Origin: Sulfolobales archaeon
GTDB taxonomy: Archaea > Thermoproteota > Thermoprotei_A > Sulfolobales > NBVN01
Direction of reading: 5' to 3'
Assembly: GCA_038841535.1 (NCBI GenBank)
Contig: JAWBTQ010000002.1
Coordinates: 32,001 to 96,000, forward strand
Length of the DNA: 64,000 nucleotides
Of the stretch, positions 19,710 through 28,856 are shown in pieces (the first letter of the stretch is position 1; every line of letters starts with the position of its first letter). The notes below the pieces were generated by a model, which did no database searches, had not been told where the DNA came from, and saw only the letters and a program-made list of their open reading frames with translations. Position numbers and translations under genes: made by a program.

Positions 19710-19880
19710 ACTGGGGTTCCATCACAGTCTAAAGCCCGACCTTTCGAAGCATGAAGGGGGTCGGACTGAACCATTTCCGGTCATAGACCCCTTGAGTTAA
19801 CCTAGCTCAAGTCTCGGGGGCTTAGAGAAACCGATGAGCAGTTTAAAGCCTACAAAGCACGTAAAAAGTACGCAGTCACG
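19710..19880 (+). ncRNA. Structured element, candidate omegaRNA-like tnpB right end
   Basis: Stems CCGACCTTTC/GAAGGGGGTCGG (19736-19764) and CTTGAGTTA/TAGCTCAAG (19791-19811) with G-U pairs on the plus strand; A-rich tail ending TCAC at 19879. Confidence 0.4.
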
Positions 19881-20014
19881 CCAAAGCGTGTAAAGGCCTC
19901 GAAGAGAAGTGGAGCTCAGGGACCAGAGACTTAGCCAACCCTCTCTAAACATCGCATGTCTTACACTAGGTACATCAGGAAGGCCGTTGACACGAGTCTT
20001 GAGAATCAGTGGTA

Positions 20015-22318
20015 TCAAACGTACGGAGTGCCGTACCTCCCCTCGAGGGGTTTTAGGAATACCGCTGGTCTTCCATCGATGGTCTGCTTTAGTACGTAAG
20101 CAGCCTTTCTTCTAGACAAGACTCTGTTGTTATTTCCGCAGTAAGGACTGAAAACACATTTCGGGCATCCATCGTCGCAATCGCATCTACTAACGATCGA
20201 GTAGGCTACGTCAACAGCTTTCTCGAATCTTGAGTAAAGTAGCTTAGCCAAACCACTGCCACCCATGTCCGCATCGTAGAAGACTATGTCGCCACTTGGG
20301 TAGCTAACTCCACCCATGTCGCCGAGACCAGCGCCGCACACAACTCTCGTAGCCGATATAATTGCGTGCTCAATGGCGTGGTAAGCTTCTGCCATGCCCT
20401 CAAACCCCAGCTCGTCAAACTCCTCGAACTTCGTTAAGACGGCTTTAGTAGGGTACCTGAACGCTATAGGCTTACCGTAGTGTTGTGTTTCTATGATACC
20501 TCCGCTGAATAAGTCTTTAGCTACATATCCCCCAACCATCATCTCCAGCTCTACGTGTGCGTAGGCAAGCTTAACGCCGAGCTCGGAGTCTCTCGTAGCT
20601 GTAACTTCGAAATTCGAGACGTCGACGGTGTAAAGGGGCCTAGTATAGAACTCCAGTGCATCATCTGTTCTCTCGAGATAGGCCCTCAGCTTACTTAGGT
20701 CTAGTTCTACCGTTCTATAGGGTCTACCGAGGTATAAGTATAGAGAACCGGGGTATAGCTCCAGTAGAGCTCTAGGGAGCTCCCTCTCAGCTATCTCTTG
20801 GTCTGTATCCACATCTACCAACTTGACTACGGGGCCGGGAGACCTTATCCCTTCCCTTAGGGACAGGTACCTCCTAGCCTCACTAAACTGCGGGAATACT
20901 ATCTCCCCACGGACTCTTAGTAAGCCCTCGGAGAGGAGGTCTCCTATGACAGATTTCCACACCTGAGGGAGGTCACCTTCTCTGGCTCTACCTTGCTGGA
21001 GGAGAAAAGCTATTAAGTGAGTCTTTACAACCTCCTCGTTTTGAGGCTCGATGGTGCTCGGTGGAATGTCCTGGTCGAAGAACTTCTCCGGGTTCCTAGC
21101 ATAGTAGGAGTCTACAGGGTCGTCGCTCAGTATCGTCACTATGTACCCCTTCCTTCTCCTTCCAGCTCTACCTGCTCTCTGGAGATACTTAGCATACGAC
21201 GGTGGAGGTGCCACGAGAACAACTGCGTCGAGACTCCCTATGTCTATTCCGAGCTCTAGAGTCGGCGTCGAGACTACTCCCTGTATTCTGCCGTCCCTAA
21301 GGTCGCTCTCAACCTTCCTCCTTATTTCTGCCGGTATCCCGGCTCTGTGGACTAGGACCTCAATACCGTACCTACTGCGCAAGATGTTCGTGAGCATTTC
21401 GGCTAGCTGCTGGCTATCTACGAAGACTATGAACCTTAGACCCCTGCTAGCTAAGAACTTAGATACGAACACCGTAATACTCCACCTACTCAGAAGTCCC
21501 GAAAAGATGAGAGCGTGTACTGCCGTTCCCCTTCTCATGGCTGTTCCCCTTACTTCGATGAACTCCTCCCCAAACAACGACTCCGCGAACTCCTTTGGGT
21601 TCCCTATAGTGGCAGAAGAGGCTATTACTTGTGGTGTTGACCCACGGCACATCTTGACTCTCTGAAACAGGTGGTGCATGTGGGAGCCAAGTACCCCTTC
21701 GTAAATATGGAGCTCGTCGAATACCATAATGTTAGCAGAAGCAACAAACTTCCTTACGTGAGGGCTGTATACTAGCCCAACGTGGACCATGTCCGGGTTC
21801 GTGATTACGATTGTTGTGGGTCTGGAGGCTATACGTGCTCTAACACTCCTCGGGGTATCACCGTCGTAAACACTTACATTAGTAACGCCGAATACCATGT
21901 AGTCGGAGAAGCGTTTGAGCTGGTCTCGGGCTAGGGCTTTAGTTGGATAAAATACTAGTGCTCTAGGGTTAGGTCCCACTTCTTCTGATGCCTTCTTGAG
22001 TAGTGGGAGGAAGAATGCCTCGGTCTTACCAGTTCCAGTTCCCGCAGATATTACCACGTTCCGACCGTTCAAGGTGTGCTTATATGCTTCAAACTGAAAC
22101 TTGTACAGCCTACGAATACCGCGCTTTAGTAATATTCTAACGACAGCCTCTGAGAGACCTAAGTCTTGCACTGCCGGACCGGGTTCAGGCTCACCGTACT
22201 CCTCGATTCTCTCGTAAACAACTCTAGCACCCACGTCTCCGTAGTTCTCCTCGAGAGCTCTGTCGAGTTCCTCTATGAGATGATCCCTATGCAACTCTGT
22301 TCTATCCCGTTTACACAC
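20015..22318 (-). CDS. DEAD/DEAH-box helicase with C-terminal DUF1998 (MrfA/SftH/Hrq1-like)
   Basis: GTGTGKT, YPTKALARDQ, DELH, SAT, LELGIDIG, QRAGRAGR, CDCDDGCPKC..SPYCGNNN. Confidence 0.9.
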   Translation of the reverse strand: MCKRDRTELHRDHLIEELDRALEENYGDVGARVVYERIEEYGEPEPGPAVQDLGLSEAVVRILLKRGIRRLYKFQFEAYKHTLNGRNVVISAGTGTGKTEAFFLPLLKKASEEVGPNPRALVFYPTKALARDQLKRFSDYMVFGVTNVSVYDGDTPRSVRARIASRPTTIVITNPDMVHVGLVYSPHVRKFVASANIMVFDELHIYEGVLGSHMHHLFQRVKMCRGSTPQVIASSATIGNPKEFAESLFGEEFIEVRGTAMRRGTAVHALIFSGLLSRWSITVFVSKFLASRGLRFIVFVDSQQLAEMLTNILRSRYGIEVLVHRAGIPAEIRRKVESDLRDGRIQGVVSTPTLELGIDIGSLDAVVLVAPPPSYAKYLQRAGRAGRRRKGYIVTILSDDPVDSYYARNPEKFFDQDIPPSTIEPQNEEVVKTHLIAFLLQQGRAREGDLPQVWKSVIGDLLSEGLLRVRGEIVFPQFSEARRYLSLREGIRSPGPVVKLVDVDTDQEIAERELPRALLELYPGSLYLYLGRPYRTVELDLSKLRAYLERTDDALEFYTRPLYTVDVSNFEVTATRDSELGVKLAYAHVELEMMVGGYVAKDLFSGGIIETQHYGKPIAFRYPTKAVLTKFEEFDELGFEGMAEAYHAIEHAIISATRVVCGAGLGDMGGVSYPSGDIVFYDADMGGSGLAKLLYSRFEKAVDVAYSIVSRCDCDDGCPKCVFSPYCGNNNRVLSRRKAAYVLKQTIDGRPAVFLKPLEGRYGTPYV

Positions 22319-22357
22319 CTCAACTAAGGCTTTATTCTAGTGAGTTGAGCCTTGAGC

Positions 22358-22525
22358 AGATGCTTCACAGTATAGCAATTTTGAGAGTTCCTCAAGATTG
22401 CGGCATCTCCGTTGAGCACTAGCAGAAGCCAGGAACACGCCCTCCAAGTCCGCAAGTCGACTCCTCAGTCAAGTGCGGAACTTCGTGCGACATACTTAAA
22501 ACGGTGTGCCGCGAGGACGATGGAG
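22358..22525 (+). ncRNA. Candidate structured non-coding RNA
   Basis: Long hairpin (22358-22408) plus a three-way junction (22442-22525); TTTATT at 22331, about 25 bp upstream. Confidence 0.4.
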
Positions 22526-22543
22526 TTTCTCATAGAGAGCTCA

Positions 22544-23089
22544 CTATACCGCCTTAGGCTTTGCCTCAATAAGTCTCGACCAGGGACCTCTCGATAAGCT
22601 AACTAGGGTTATTGAAGCAGTAAACACAGCTCCTGGTAGGAGAACTGCTAAGTACAAATTGAGGTTTAAGTGCTTTGTGAACATGTCTGCTAGCTCCGGC
22701 ATTAGTGCTGAGAGTACTGCTATGGGTATTATACCTAGAACGAGAGTGTAGATAATCCCAGTCACGATGGCAGATACTGCCTCACTCAGCTTTAACTTAT
22801 TCCCTAAGGCTCCTTTTAGTAGCCCGAATAGTGCTCCGATTAGTATGTACTGAATGACTTGAGCGATAGGTGCTATTCGTATAGCTGCTTGAGTTATTTC
22901 ATTAACGCTCTTAACGATTCTTTCCACTTCCTCAGGCGGTATAGCTGCTGGTAGTTGTTTCTTCACCAGCTCCTCGGTTAAGCTATTGAGGCCCTCGATC
23001 GGTACGAGTAATGTCACTATGGCGATCACTATCCCAGTAATGATACCAGAAAGCACTCCTTGGAGGACGTGTTTTTCGTACCCACCCAT
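22544..23089 (-). CDS. Hypothetical 4-TM membrane protein
   Basis: 181 aa with four hydrophobic segments and a plausible ATG. Confidence 0.7.
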   Translation of the reverse strand: MGGYEKHVLQGVLSGIITGIVIAIVTLLVPIEGLNSLTEELVKKQLPAAIPPEEVERIVKSVNEITQAAIRIAPIAQVIQYILIGALFGLLKGALGNKLKLSEAVSAIVTGIIYTLVLGIIPIAVLSALMPELADMFTKHLNLNLYLAVLLPGAVFTASITLVSLSRGPWSRLIEAKPKAV

Positions 23090-23821
23090 TTTGCTCTTTC
23101 CAAACTCTCTATATTAGTTCTAAAGCTAATATTTCACCATGCGGTTAGGGCTGAGTGCATGTCTAGCTACATAGCTTCCGTGCTCGTTTCACTGGTTCCA
23201 GGATTTGTCGCGTTGGCGAGGATCGCTAGACGGAGTAGTAGTGCTTGGTTGGTTGCAGCAGTTGGTGGAGGTGGGTGGCTACTAGCCATAGCCCTGAGGA
23301 TGCCCCTGTTATCGTTACTGCAGACTTTAATACCGGGACTTACCTACTTAATCGCTGCCTCGATACTGGCGGGGGTATTCGAGGAGTCTACCAGGTCTCT
23401 GATACTGAGAGCCAGTATCGCAAGGAGTGGGGAGGTAAGTGGTTTACTAACTATAGGCCTCGGGTGGGGGCTTTCAGAGGCTCTACTGGTTTATGCTATA
23501 CCTGTGACGCTCTCAGCACCCGTATACGGATATGACTGGGTCGACCTCTTGCCCGGCGCTCTGGAGAGGAACTCAGCTATCTTAATTCACTTGTCTCTAA
23601 CTGTGTTACTGAGTAGAAACCCCCGGAGTGCTAGATTACTGGTAGCCTCAGCTGTACTGCACTCATTATCCAATTTAGCTGCTGTAGCTGCTCTACTAGT
23701 TCTTGAGGATGCCTGGTTAGTGGAGCTAGTCATAGCCACAGTGTCTTTCTCGCTGTTTGCTGGAGTGGCGCTGCCTACGTTAAAATACTTAAGGAAGATC
23801 CACCGCGATCAGATCGGCTGA
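23060..23821 (+). CDS. YhfC family glutamic-type intramembrane protease (start probably ATG 23159)
   Basis: LAGVFEESTR, GLGWGLSEA, ERNSAILIH, HSLSN. Confidence 0.85.
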   Translation: MEDVFFVPTHFALSKLSILVLKLIFHHAVRAECMSSYIASVLVSLVPGFVALARIARRSSSAWLVAAVGGGGWLLAIALRMPLLSLLQTLIPGLTYLIAASILAGVFEESTRSLILRASIARSGEVSGLLTIGLGWGLSEALLVYAIPVTLSAPVYGYDWVDLLPGALERNSAILIHLSLTVLLSRNPRSARLLVASAVLHSLSNLAAVAALLVLEDAWLVELVIATVSFSLFAGVALPTLKYLRKIHRDQIG

Positions 23822-23825
23822 GACC

Positions 23826-24161
23826 GTGGACGAAGAATTCGTTGTTACAACCCTAGAGTATGTTCCCGGACATAAAGTTAGGAAAGTCTTGGGAGTAGTT
23901 AGCGGGAGTGTAGTTAGGGCCAGAAACATAGGTAGAGACATAGTAGCAGCCCTCCGAAACATAGCGGGAGGAGAGATAGTTGAGTATACAGAACTTCTTG
24001 CCAGCTCGAGAGACGAAGCCTTGAAGAGGATGATCGAGAAAGCTAAAGCCATGGGAGCAAACGCAGTAGTCGGAGTCAGGCTCGCTACTTCGAACATCAT
24101 GAGCGGAGCAGCAGAAGTCGTAGCATACGGGACAGCGGTCGTACTGGAAAAAGAAGCGTAA
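23826..24161 (+). CDS. YbjQ/UPF0145 family protein
   Basis: LGVVSG.VV, GGEIVEYT.LL..SR.EA, GANAVVGVR, AYGTAV. Confidence 0.95.
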   Translation: MDEEFVVTTLEYVPGHKVRKVLGVVSGSVVRARNIGRDIVAALRNIAGGEIVEYTELLASSRDEALKRMIEKAKAMGANAVVGVRLATSNIMSGAAEVVAYGTAVVLEKEA

Positions 24162-24393
24162 AATAAGGTAGAACGCTAGGTAGGAACTCCTCTGCATAAC
24201 TGGACCTCACCACCTTCACACCTGCTGTAGGAGGCTGTTGAGCAACCAACAAACTACACGACACACAGACACGGCACGTAGATACAAGAAGTAAAACTTG
24301 GGAAAGACGCACTGATATTGAGTAGTTATACGTAGCACTAGTGAGAAGTCAGATATAGCTACTGCTCGGCAAGAGCCCTCAAAGGGACTTCAA

Positions 24394-25446
24394 TTAGTAG
24401 AGGCAGCACTTCTCTATGGTGTTTAGAGCTCTTGCTAGAGTAGCGCTATCGCCCCTCAGCTTTAGCCCAGCAATTACGGCTCCGCAGGATGTTCTAACTC
24501 TTTGCTCGAAGATCTCTACTTCTAGACCGAGTAGCTCCTCAAGCTTCTTTTTCAGGAGGTGCTTAAGCAATTCTCTATTCTCTCTATAAACGGAACCCGT
24601 AAACCCCACCTTGGGACTGTAGACGCCTATTTTTCTGATAGCTGCCGCAACCTGCTTCGCAAATTCTTCGATTTCACCCTCGACTATGCGGGCAGCTGTC
24701 TTGTCACCACTCTTATAGGCCTTCATTACTGCGGTAGCTACAGATGCTACAGCAGTCTTCGGGTTTTCCGAGTAATAAACATACGAGAGTACATCACTAG
24801 CAGTGCTAAAGCCCATACTGCGGGCTATCAGGGTAGCTAGGTCTGAACACTCTTTTAAACTATCGAGACATTCAAGGACTTCTCTGAGGCTCTTCAGTCC
24901 CAGTCTATACCCGCTCCCCTCGTCGCCTAGGAGATGTCCCCACCCTCCGACTCTAATGCTGTGTCCTGCGTAATCACCGTAGACGCAGCTCCCAGTTCCC
25001 AAAATCCCTACGACGCCGTCATCCAAGAGGAAGACAGATGCGTGGGCAGCTATGACGTCTTCAAAAACTACCACCCTGTCTACTGGAATGCCAGCGAGTT
25101 CCGCTAGCCTCTTACGGAGTGCGTCGGCGTAGTTCTTGCTCACTACTCCAGCAGTACCTACGGCGACTAAGTATGGTGTAGGCTTCTCGTAGCTTAGACC
25201 TGCGAGGACCTTCTCAATAGCACTAGCGATTACGGTACTCGCCTTCTCTATTCCTACTACAGAAGGGTTCGATGAGCTCTCGGAAGTAAAGACGCACACC
25301 TGACTAGCCATATCGATACCGACGGCCTCTGTCTTAGTTGCTCCGGAGTCTACTCCGACTAGAGCTGATCTCACCACCTGTTTTACCCAGATAAAAATTA
25401 CTAACGATATCAAAACTGCACTTAGATTAGGAACTCGAGCACACAC
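24394..25446 (-). CDS. BadF/BadG/BcrA/BcrD family sugar kinase (GlcNAc kinase/hexokinase-like; start probably about 25377)
   Basis: GVDSGATKT, FEDVIAA, ILGTGS, RVGGWGHLLGDEGSGY. Confidence 0.85.
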   Translation of the reverse strand: MCARVPNLSAVLISLVIFIWVKQVVRSALVGVDSGATKTEAVGIDMASQVCVFTSESSSNPSVVGIEKASTVIASAIEKVLAGLSYEKPTPYLVAVGTAGVVSKNYADALRKRLAELAGIPVDRVVVFEDVIAAHASVFLLDDGVVGILGTGSCVYGDYAGHSIRVGGWGHLLGDEGSGYRLGLKSLREVLECLDSLKECSDLATLIARSMGFSTASDVLSYVYYSENPKTAVASVATAVMKAYKSGDKTAARIVEGEIEEFAKQVAAAIRKIGVYSPKVGFTGSVYRENRELLKHLLKKKLEELLGLEVEIFEQRVRTSCGAVIAGLKLRGDSATLARALNTIEKCCLY

Positions 25447-25567
25447 CGATTTATGCTGTTGAGGGTCTTGCCCTTTAGCGCAGAGGAGATGTTGGCAACG
25501 TATAGCTCAATTCCACTGCAGATCTGAGACCTCAAAGTGATGCTATCTGGAGTGAAGAGCTCGCAGA

Positions 25568-26212
25568 CTAATGTCGATGTTCTGCTAGTACAGTCATAGC
25601 GGTCTTGAGGTCCACTCTCTCTAAGCGGCCAGCGATTTTCAGGTCAATACTTTTTCCCGCTTTGTTTACTATGAGGACTTCCACACCTAGGGTGAGGCCT
25701 GAGGCTAGAGCCTTCTTCATGTACGTAACGAGCTCTCCTCTGTAGCCAATAATTCTGACGGTGTCTCCGATACCGAAGTCGGAGAGGGGTTTCCCAACTA
25801 AAGTAGATCCCTCCCCAGGGATCGGGTTGCCGTGAGGGCATTCCTTGGGAGACCCTATGTACTTGTAAATAGACTCGACTATCTCTTGGGGCAGGTGCTC
25901 CATGTGGTGTGCGTATTCGTGAACCTCTACTGGGTCGAAGCCCAGCTCGGTCAAAAAAGCTTCACATATTCTGTGCTTTCTAACTAGATTTTTAACTGCA
26001 TTTATTCCCTTCTCGCTGAGTTTAAAGCCCCGGAACTTCGCCCACACGACGTAACCTTCGTTCGCAAGCCTGCGCAATACCTTACTAACAGTTGCGGGCC
26101 TAACTCCTAGCTCTCTGGAAATATCGTTAGTTCTAGCGACTCCGAAGACTTCCTCCAGTCTATATATAGTCGAAAGGTAGTCTTCAACACCTACTCTCCT
26201 CATGCTCTCCAA
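25568..26212 (-). CDS. DtxR/MntR family metal-dependent regulator with FeoA domain
   Basis: EDYL.TIY, HTH, RKHRICE.FL, AHHMEH, CPHGNPIP, C-terminal FeoA/SH3-like domain. Confidence 0.9.
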   Translation of the reverse strand: MESMRRVGVEDYLSTIYRLEEVFGVARTNDISRELGVRPATVSKVLRRLANEGYVVWAKFRGFKLSEKGINAVKNLVRKHRICEAFLTELGFDPVEVHEYAHHMEHLPQEIVESIYKYIGSPKECPHGNPIPGEGSTLVGKPLSDFGIGDTVRIIGYRGELVTYMKKALASGLTLGVEVLIVNKAGKSIDLKIAGRLERVDLKTAMTVLAEHRH

Positions 26213-26419
26213 GATAGTAACAAAAACACCAAATTAACTATCTTCACAGACTGCAACCAGGTGTAAAAGCGGGCATACCGATCGCTGAGGGCACTAACTT
26301 CAAGATACTTAGTACTCTAATAGAGTGTGTGTGGAGGTGTCACGATACAGCTAGAGCCTCAGTAAGGATTGGTGGCTTGAGATAGCTTAGTCGAGCTAGT
26401 GAGGGGTCTTGGAGTTTGG

Positions 26420-26660
26420 GTATCTGTTGCTGAAGTAATAGGTATCTTAATGTTTCCAGGAGTCTAGACCCGATAGAAAAGAGAGTTGAGTATAGATAGC
26501 GCTATTGAGAGACTATGACAGGAAGCAGCAGAAGCACGGAAGCGAAACAAGTTCTTTCAGGAAAGCTGTGAAAAACTACGGGAGAGAACCGCCGAGATGG
26601 AATTAAGGAACAAGATCGCACCTACGGTAGAAAAGATAGCCGTCGAAGAGAACGCCAAGG
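26420..26660 (+). pseudogene. Decayed tnpB fragment (bridge-helix region)
   Basis: RKQQKHG..SSFRKAVKNYGRE / RTAEMELRNKIAPTVEKIAVEENA resembles TnpB 'K..KYG.RE.NR..D..HK.A..I...A.E'. Confidence 0.5.
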
Positions 26661-26830
26661 GCGTGGACTTCGCGGTCCTGTAGTTCACCACGAGGTTGTG
26701 TACAGCTCCGTGAGAGCTATCTACATGCCCGGGTTCAGGCGGATGATAAAGTTTCTTGAGGGCAATCCTTAAGTGAGGGACGTCGCGATCTTCGAGTTCT
26801 CGAGGTCGCCGAGATGCTTCCTGGGCATCA
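26660..26830 (+). pseudogene. Serine recombinase/resolvase fragment (IS607 TnpA-like or plasmid resolvase)
   Basis: HEVVYSSVRAIYMPGFRRMIKFLEGNP*VRDVAIFEFSR matches the 'E..SG.....RPGF..M........V.I.E.SRL.R' resolvase core; in-frame stops. Confidence 0.55.
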
Positions 26831-26999
26831 GCGAGAGCGAGCATAATACCATCGTGGAGTACGGCGAGTGTATGAGCGGGCTGGGAGAGTCAACACGTGT
26901 TTCGGAGGAGAGGAGATAGAAGAAGGAGCATGGCTTCTCTACTCTATTTCGAGTTACGCAGGGGGTGTTTAGAAGTTGCGAGTAGCCTCAAGAAAGGTT

Positions 27000-27240
27000 A
27001 TGCCGACCTCCTCCCAACTAGAGGACGTACTTTCGTTTGTAAAACAGCGCCTTCTATGCTGCGGCATGTCTAGAACTCTTTAAAGCACTATGTGGGGTTC
27101 AAGGAGGTAGAGGCGTGATAGCGTGCGTGAACTCATTCCTAGGGTACTCAGGATATCGGGGTCGCAGTACCCTTGAATGCCCTTAGTTGTGCGGGCTAGT
27201 GATTAGTGCGGGAGAAATGAGTAAGGCACTAGTATAAGCC
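27000..27240 (+). mobile_element. IS605-type tnpB 3' end remnant, family A copy 3
   Basis: GGCGTGATAGCGTGCGTGAACTCATTCCTAGGGTACTCAGG (27112 on) aligns with GACGCGATAGCATGTTCAAACCTATTCCTTAGGTACTCAAGG (12327 on). GTGCGGGAGAAATGAGTAAGGCA matches the tail of copies 1 and 2. Confidence 0.7.
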
Positions 27241-27269
27241 AAGCCTGGTATATGGACCGGATCCCGCCA

Positions 27270-28055
27270 CTAGATTGTTCTTCCCTCACTCCACAGCATG
27301 TTAAAGTAGTTTTTGACCTGTTGCGCAATGGTGTTAGATACTATGAGTACCGATACCTCGTGGTTGTACATCAGGGCGCTCTCAGTCCAGTTGTGGCTGC
27401 CAACAAACACGTATTGATCATCGACTACAACCAACTTTGCGTGGGTAGTCACAGATTTGCTCTTGTCGAGCCTCACTGGCACCCCGCTACTCTTTAGGTA
27501 GTCTATCGTTTCACTGTAGCTGCTGTAGGTCACGTCGTCGACGAGCACTTTCACGTCGAGGCTCCTCTTGTAGGCGTCGACGACTGTGTACAGCAGCGTG
27601 TTCACTGGATCGTCGGTCTCGCTGGGGTCATACTTCATAGCGTACATCATTATGTAGATGCTCCTGTTGGCCCTACTCAAGATGCTCAGTAAAGCGTAGT
27701 AGTAGTCATCGTCCACGAGCAGGTCTACGTTAACGGCAGCAGTTACTGTGACTGGCTTCGTGACTATGTATGTCGTCGTGTAAGCTATCGTGAAAGTAGT
27801 TGTGGAAGTCGTTGTAACGGCCCTCGTAGTTGTAACAGTCGAGACCGAGGTCGCAGTTCTTTCAACAGTCCCCGTAATCGTCGTAGGTAAAGTCTGTACC
27901 ACTGTAGCGAAGAGCTCGAGAGTCCTCGTAGTCGTACTCAAGAACGTTGCCGTAACTGTGTGGTAAACAGGAGGCTTTGAGGCACTAATGCTGTAACCAA
28001 TTAGCGCTCCGATGACTAACATGAGGCATGCTAAAGCGAGGGCTTTAGCGTTCAC
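27270..28055 (-). CDS. Surface/secreted phospholipase D-superfamily (Nuc-like) protein with Thr-rich stalk
   Basis: N-terminal signal/TM, Thr-rich linker, single HKD motif HAKLVVVD..GSHNWT...NHE. Confidence 0.85.
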   Translation of the reverse strand: MNAKALALACLMLVIGALIGYSISASKPPVYHTVTATFLSTTTRTLELFATVVQTLPTTITGTVERTATSVSTVTTTRAVTTTSTTTFTIAYTTTYIVTKPVTVTAAVNVDLLVDDDYYYALLSILSRANRSIYIMMYAMKYDPSETDDPVNTLLYTVVDAYKRSLDVKVLVDDVTYSSYSETIDYLKSSGVPVRLDKSKSVTTHAKLVVVDDQYVFVGSHNWTESALMYNHEVSVLIVSNTIAQQVKNYFNMLWSEGRTI

Positions 28056-28508
28056 GATCTAACACACCCCTTACACGCTGTTCGAAGACTGATCTAAAAT
28101 AAAACGCTTCTATATGGCTTACACCGGAAGCCCGACTCGATAGATCCCCAGTCGGGTAGTAATATATCGGTGGTATACTGAGTATGTCACAGCACGACTA
28201 TTAGTTTAACTAACGGTCTAGTTGGTATTGGGAACAATCAAAAATAATCCCATGTTATATGTTAGGATGCTAGGATTGTAGAGAAGGCTTCCCCGCCACC
28301 TCCTAGTAAGCGCTAGGGACTAGTAGGAATATGAGTCGAGGGGGCAAGATTTATACTAGAGAAAGGATGTTGTGGCAGAGTACTGCCCCTGAGAGTGGAG
28401 GGAGGAGAGTATGCTAGCCCATGCTCTAGGAACAAAGCACGGGTCCTGGATATATCTAGTAAAATAGACAAGAAATAGAGAAGAGCTAAGAACAGATAAT
28501 CGATTAGT

Positions 28509-28856
28509 TCACCTTAAAGGTCTTCGGTAGCTGAGGGCTTTTCTGTGGATGAGTAATTTGTTGAAACAGAGGATACTACCCCACATTCCCAGCGAAGCTA
28601 ACACCAAGCTTACTCCCGTTGTTGAGATTTCATGTAATGCTGTGGCAAGGTTTGCCGGACTAGACATGGCGGTTAGGAACGGCGGGTATGGGACTATTTC
28701 GCCGTGCCATGCGTGTTCAATGGCTAAAAGTATGGAGCCTCCCCAGAGTACCGTACTCAGTATTCCTAGCTCTAGCTTCTCACTTGCTGCCTTGGCAAGT
28801 CTCTGAACTACCGTTACTAGCCCAGCGGCAACTAGTGGAGCTAGGAAGCAGGCCAC
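28509..28856 (-). CDS. Conserved 3-TM hypothetical protein
   Basis: MACFLAP start; LWGGSILLAIEHAWHGEIVPYPPFLTAM. Confidence 0.75.
   Translation of the reverse strand: MACFLAPLVAAGLVTVVQRLAKAASEKLELGILSTVLWGGSILLAIEHAWHGEIVPYPPFLTAMSSPANLATALHEISTTGVSLVLASLGMWGSILCFNKLLIHRKALSYRRPLR

Noticed and set aside
10445-19774. Short intergenic ORFs 10445-10720, 10617-10799, 18996-19247, 19093-19293, 19424-19672, 19553-19774 as real proteins
   Set aside because: They overlap or lie between IS/tnpB relics and structured ends and have no coherent domains.
25459-25535. CCCTTTAGCGCAGAGG resembling an IS605 end hairpin, within TTGAGGGTCT/AGACCTCAA
   Set aside because: Too degenerate and short to support a call.
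27730-27960. Low-complexity repeat-like sequence, also in the dppA tails
   Set aside because: Explained by Thr/Val-rich linker coding.
20015-28055. DUF1998 helicase plus PLD nuclease as a DISARM/Druantia-like defence system
   Set aside because: The genes are 5 kb apart with unrelated genes between, the PLD is secreted, no methylase is present, and the helicase fits the stand-alone MrfA/Hrq1 repair type.
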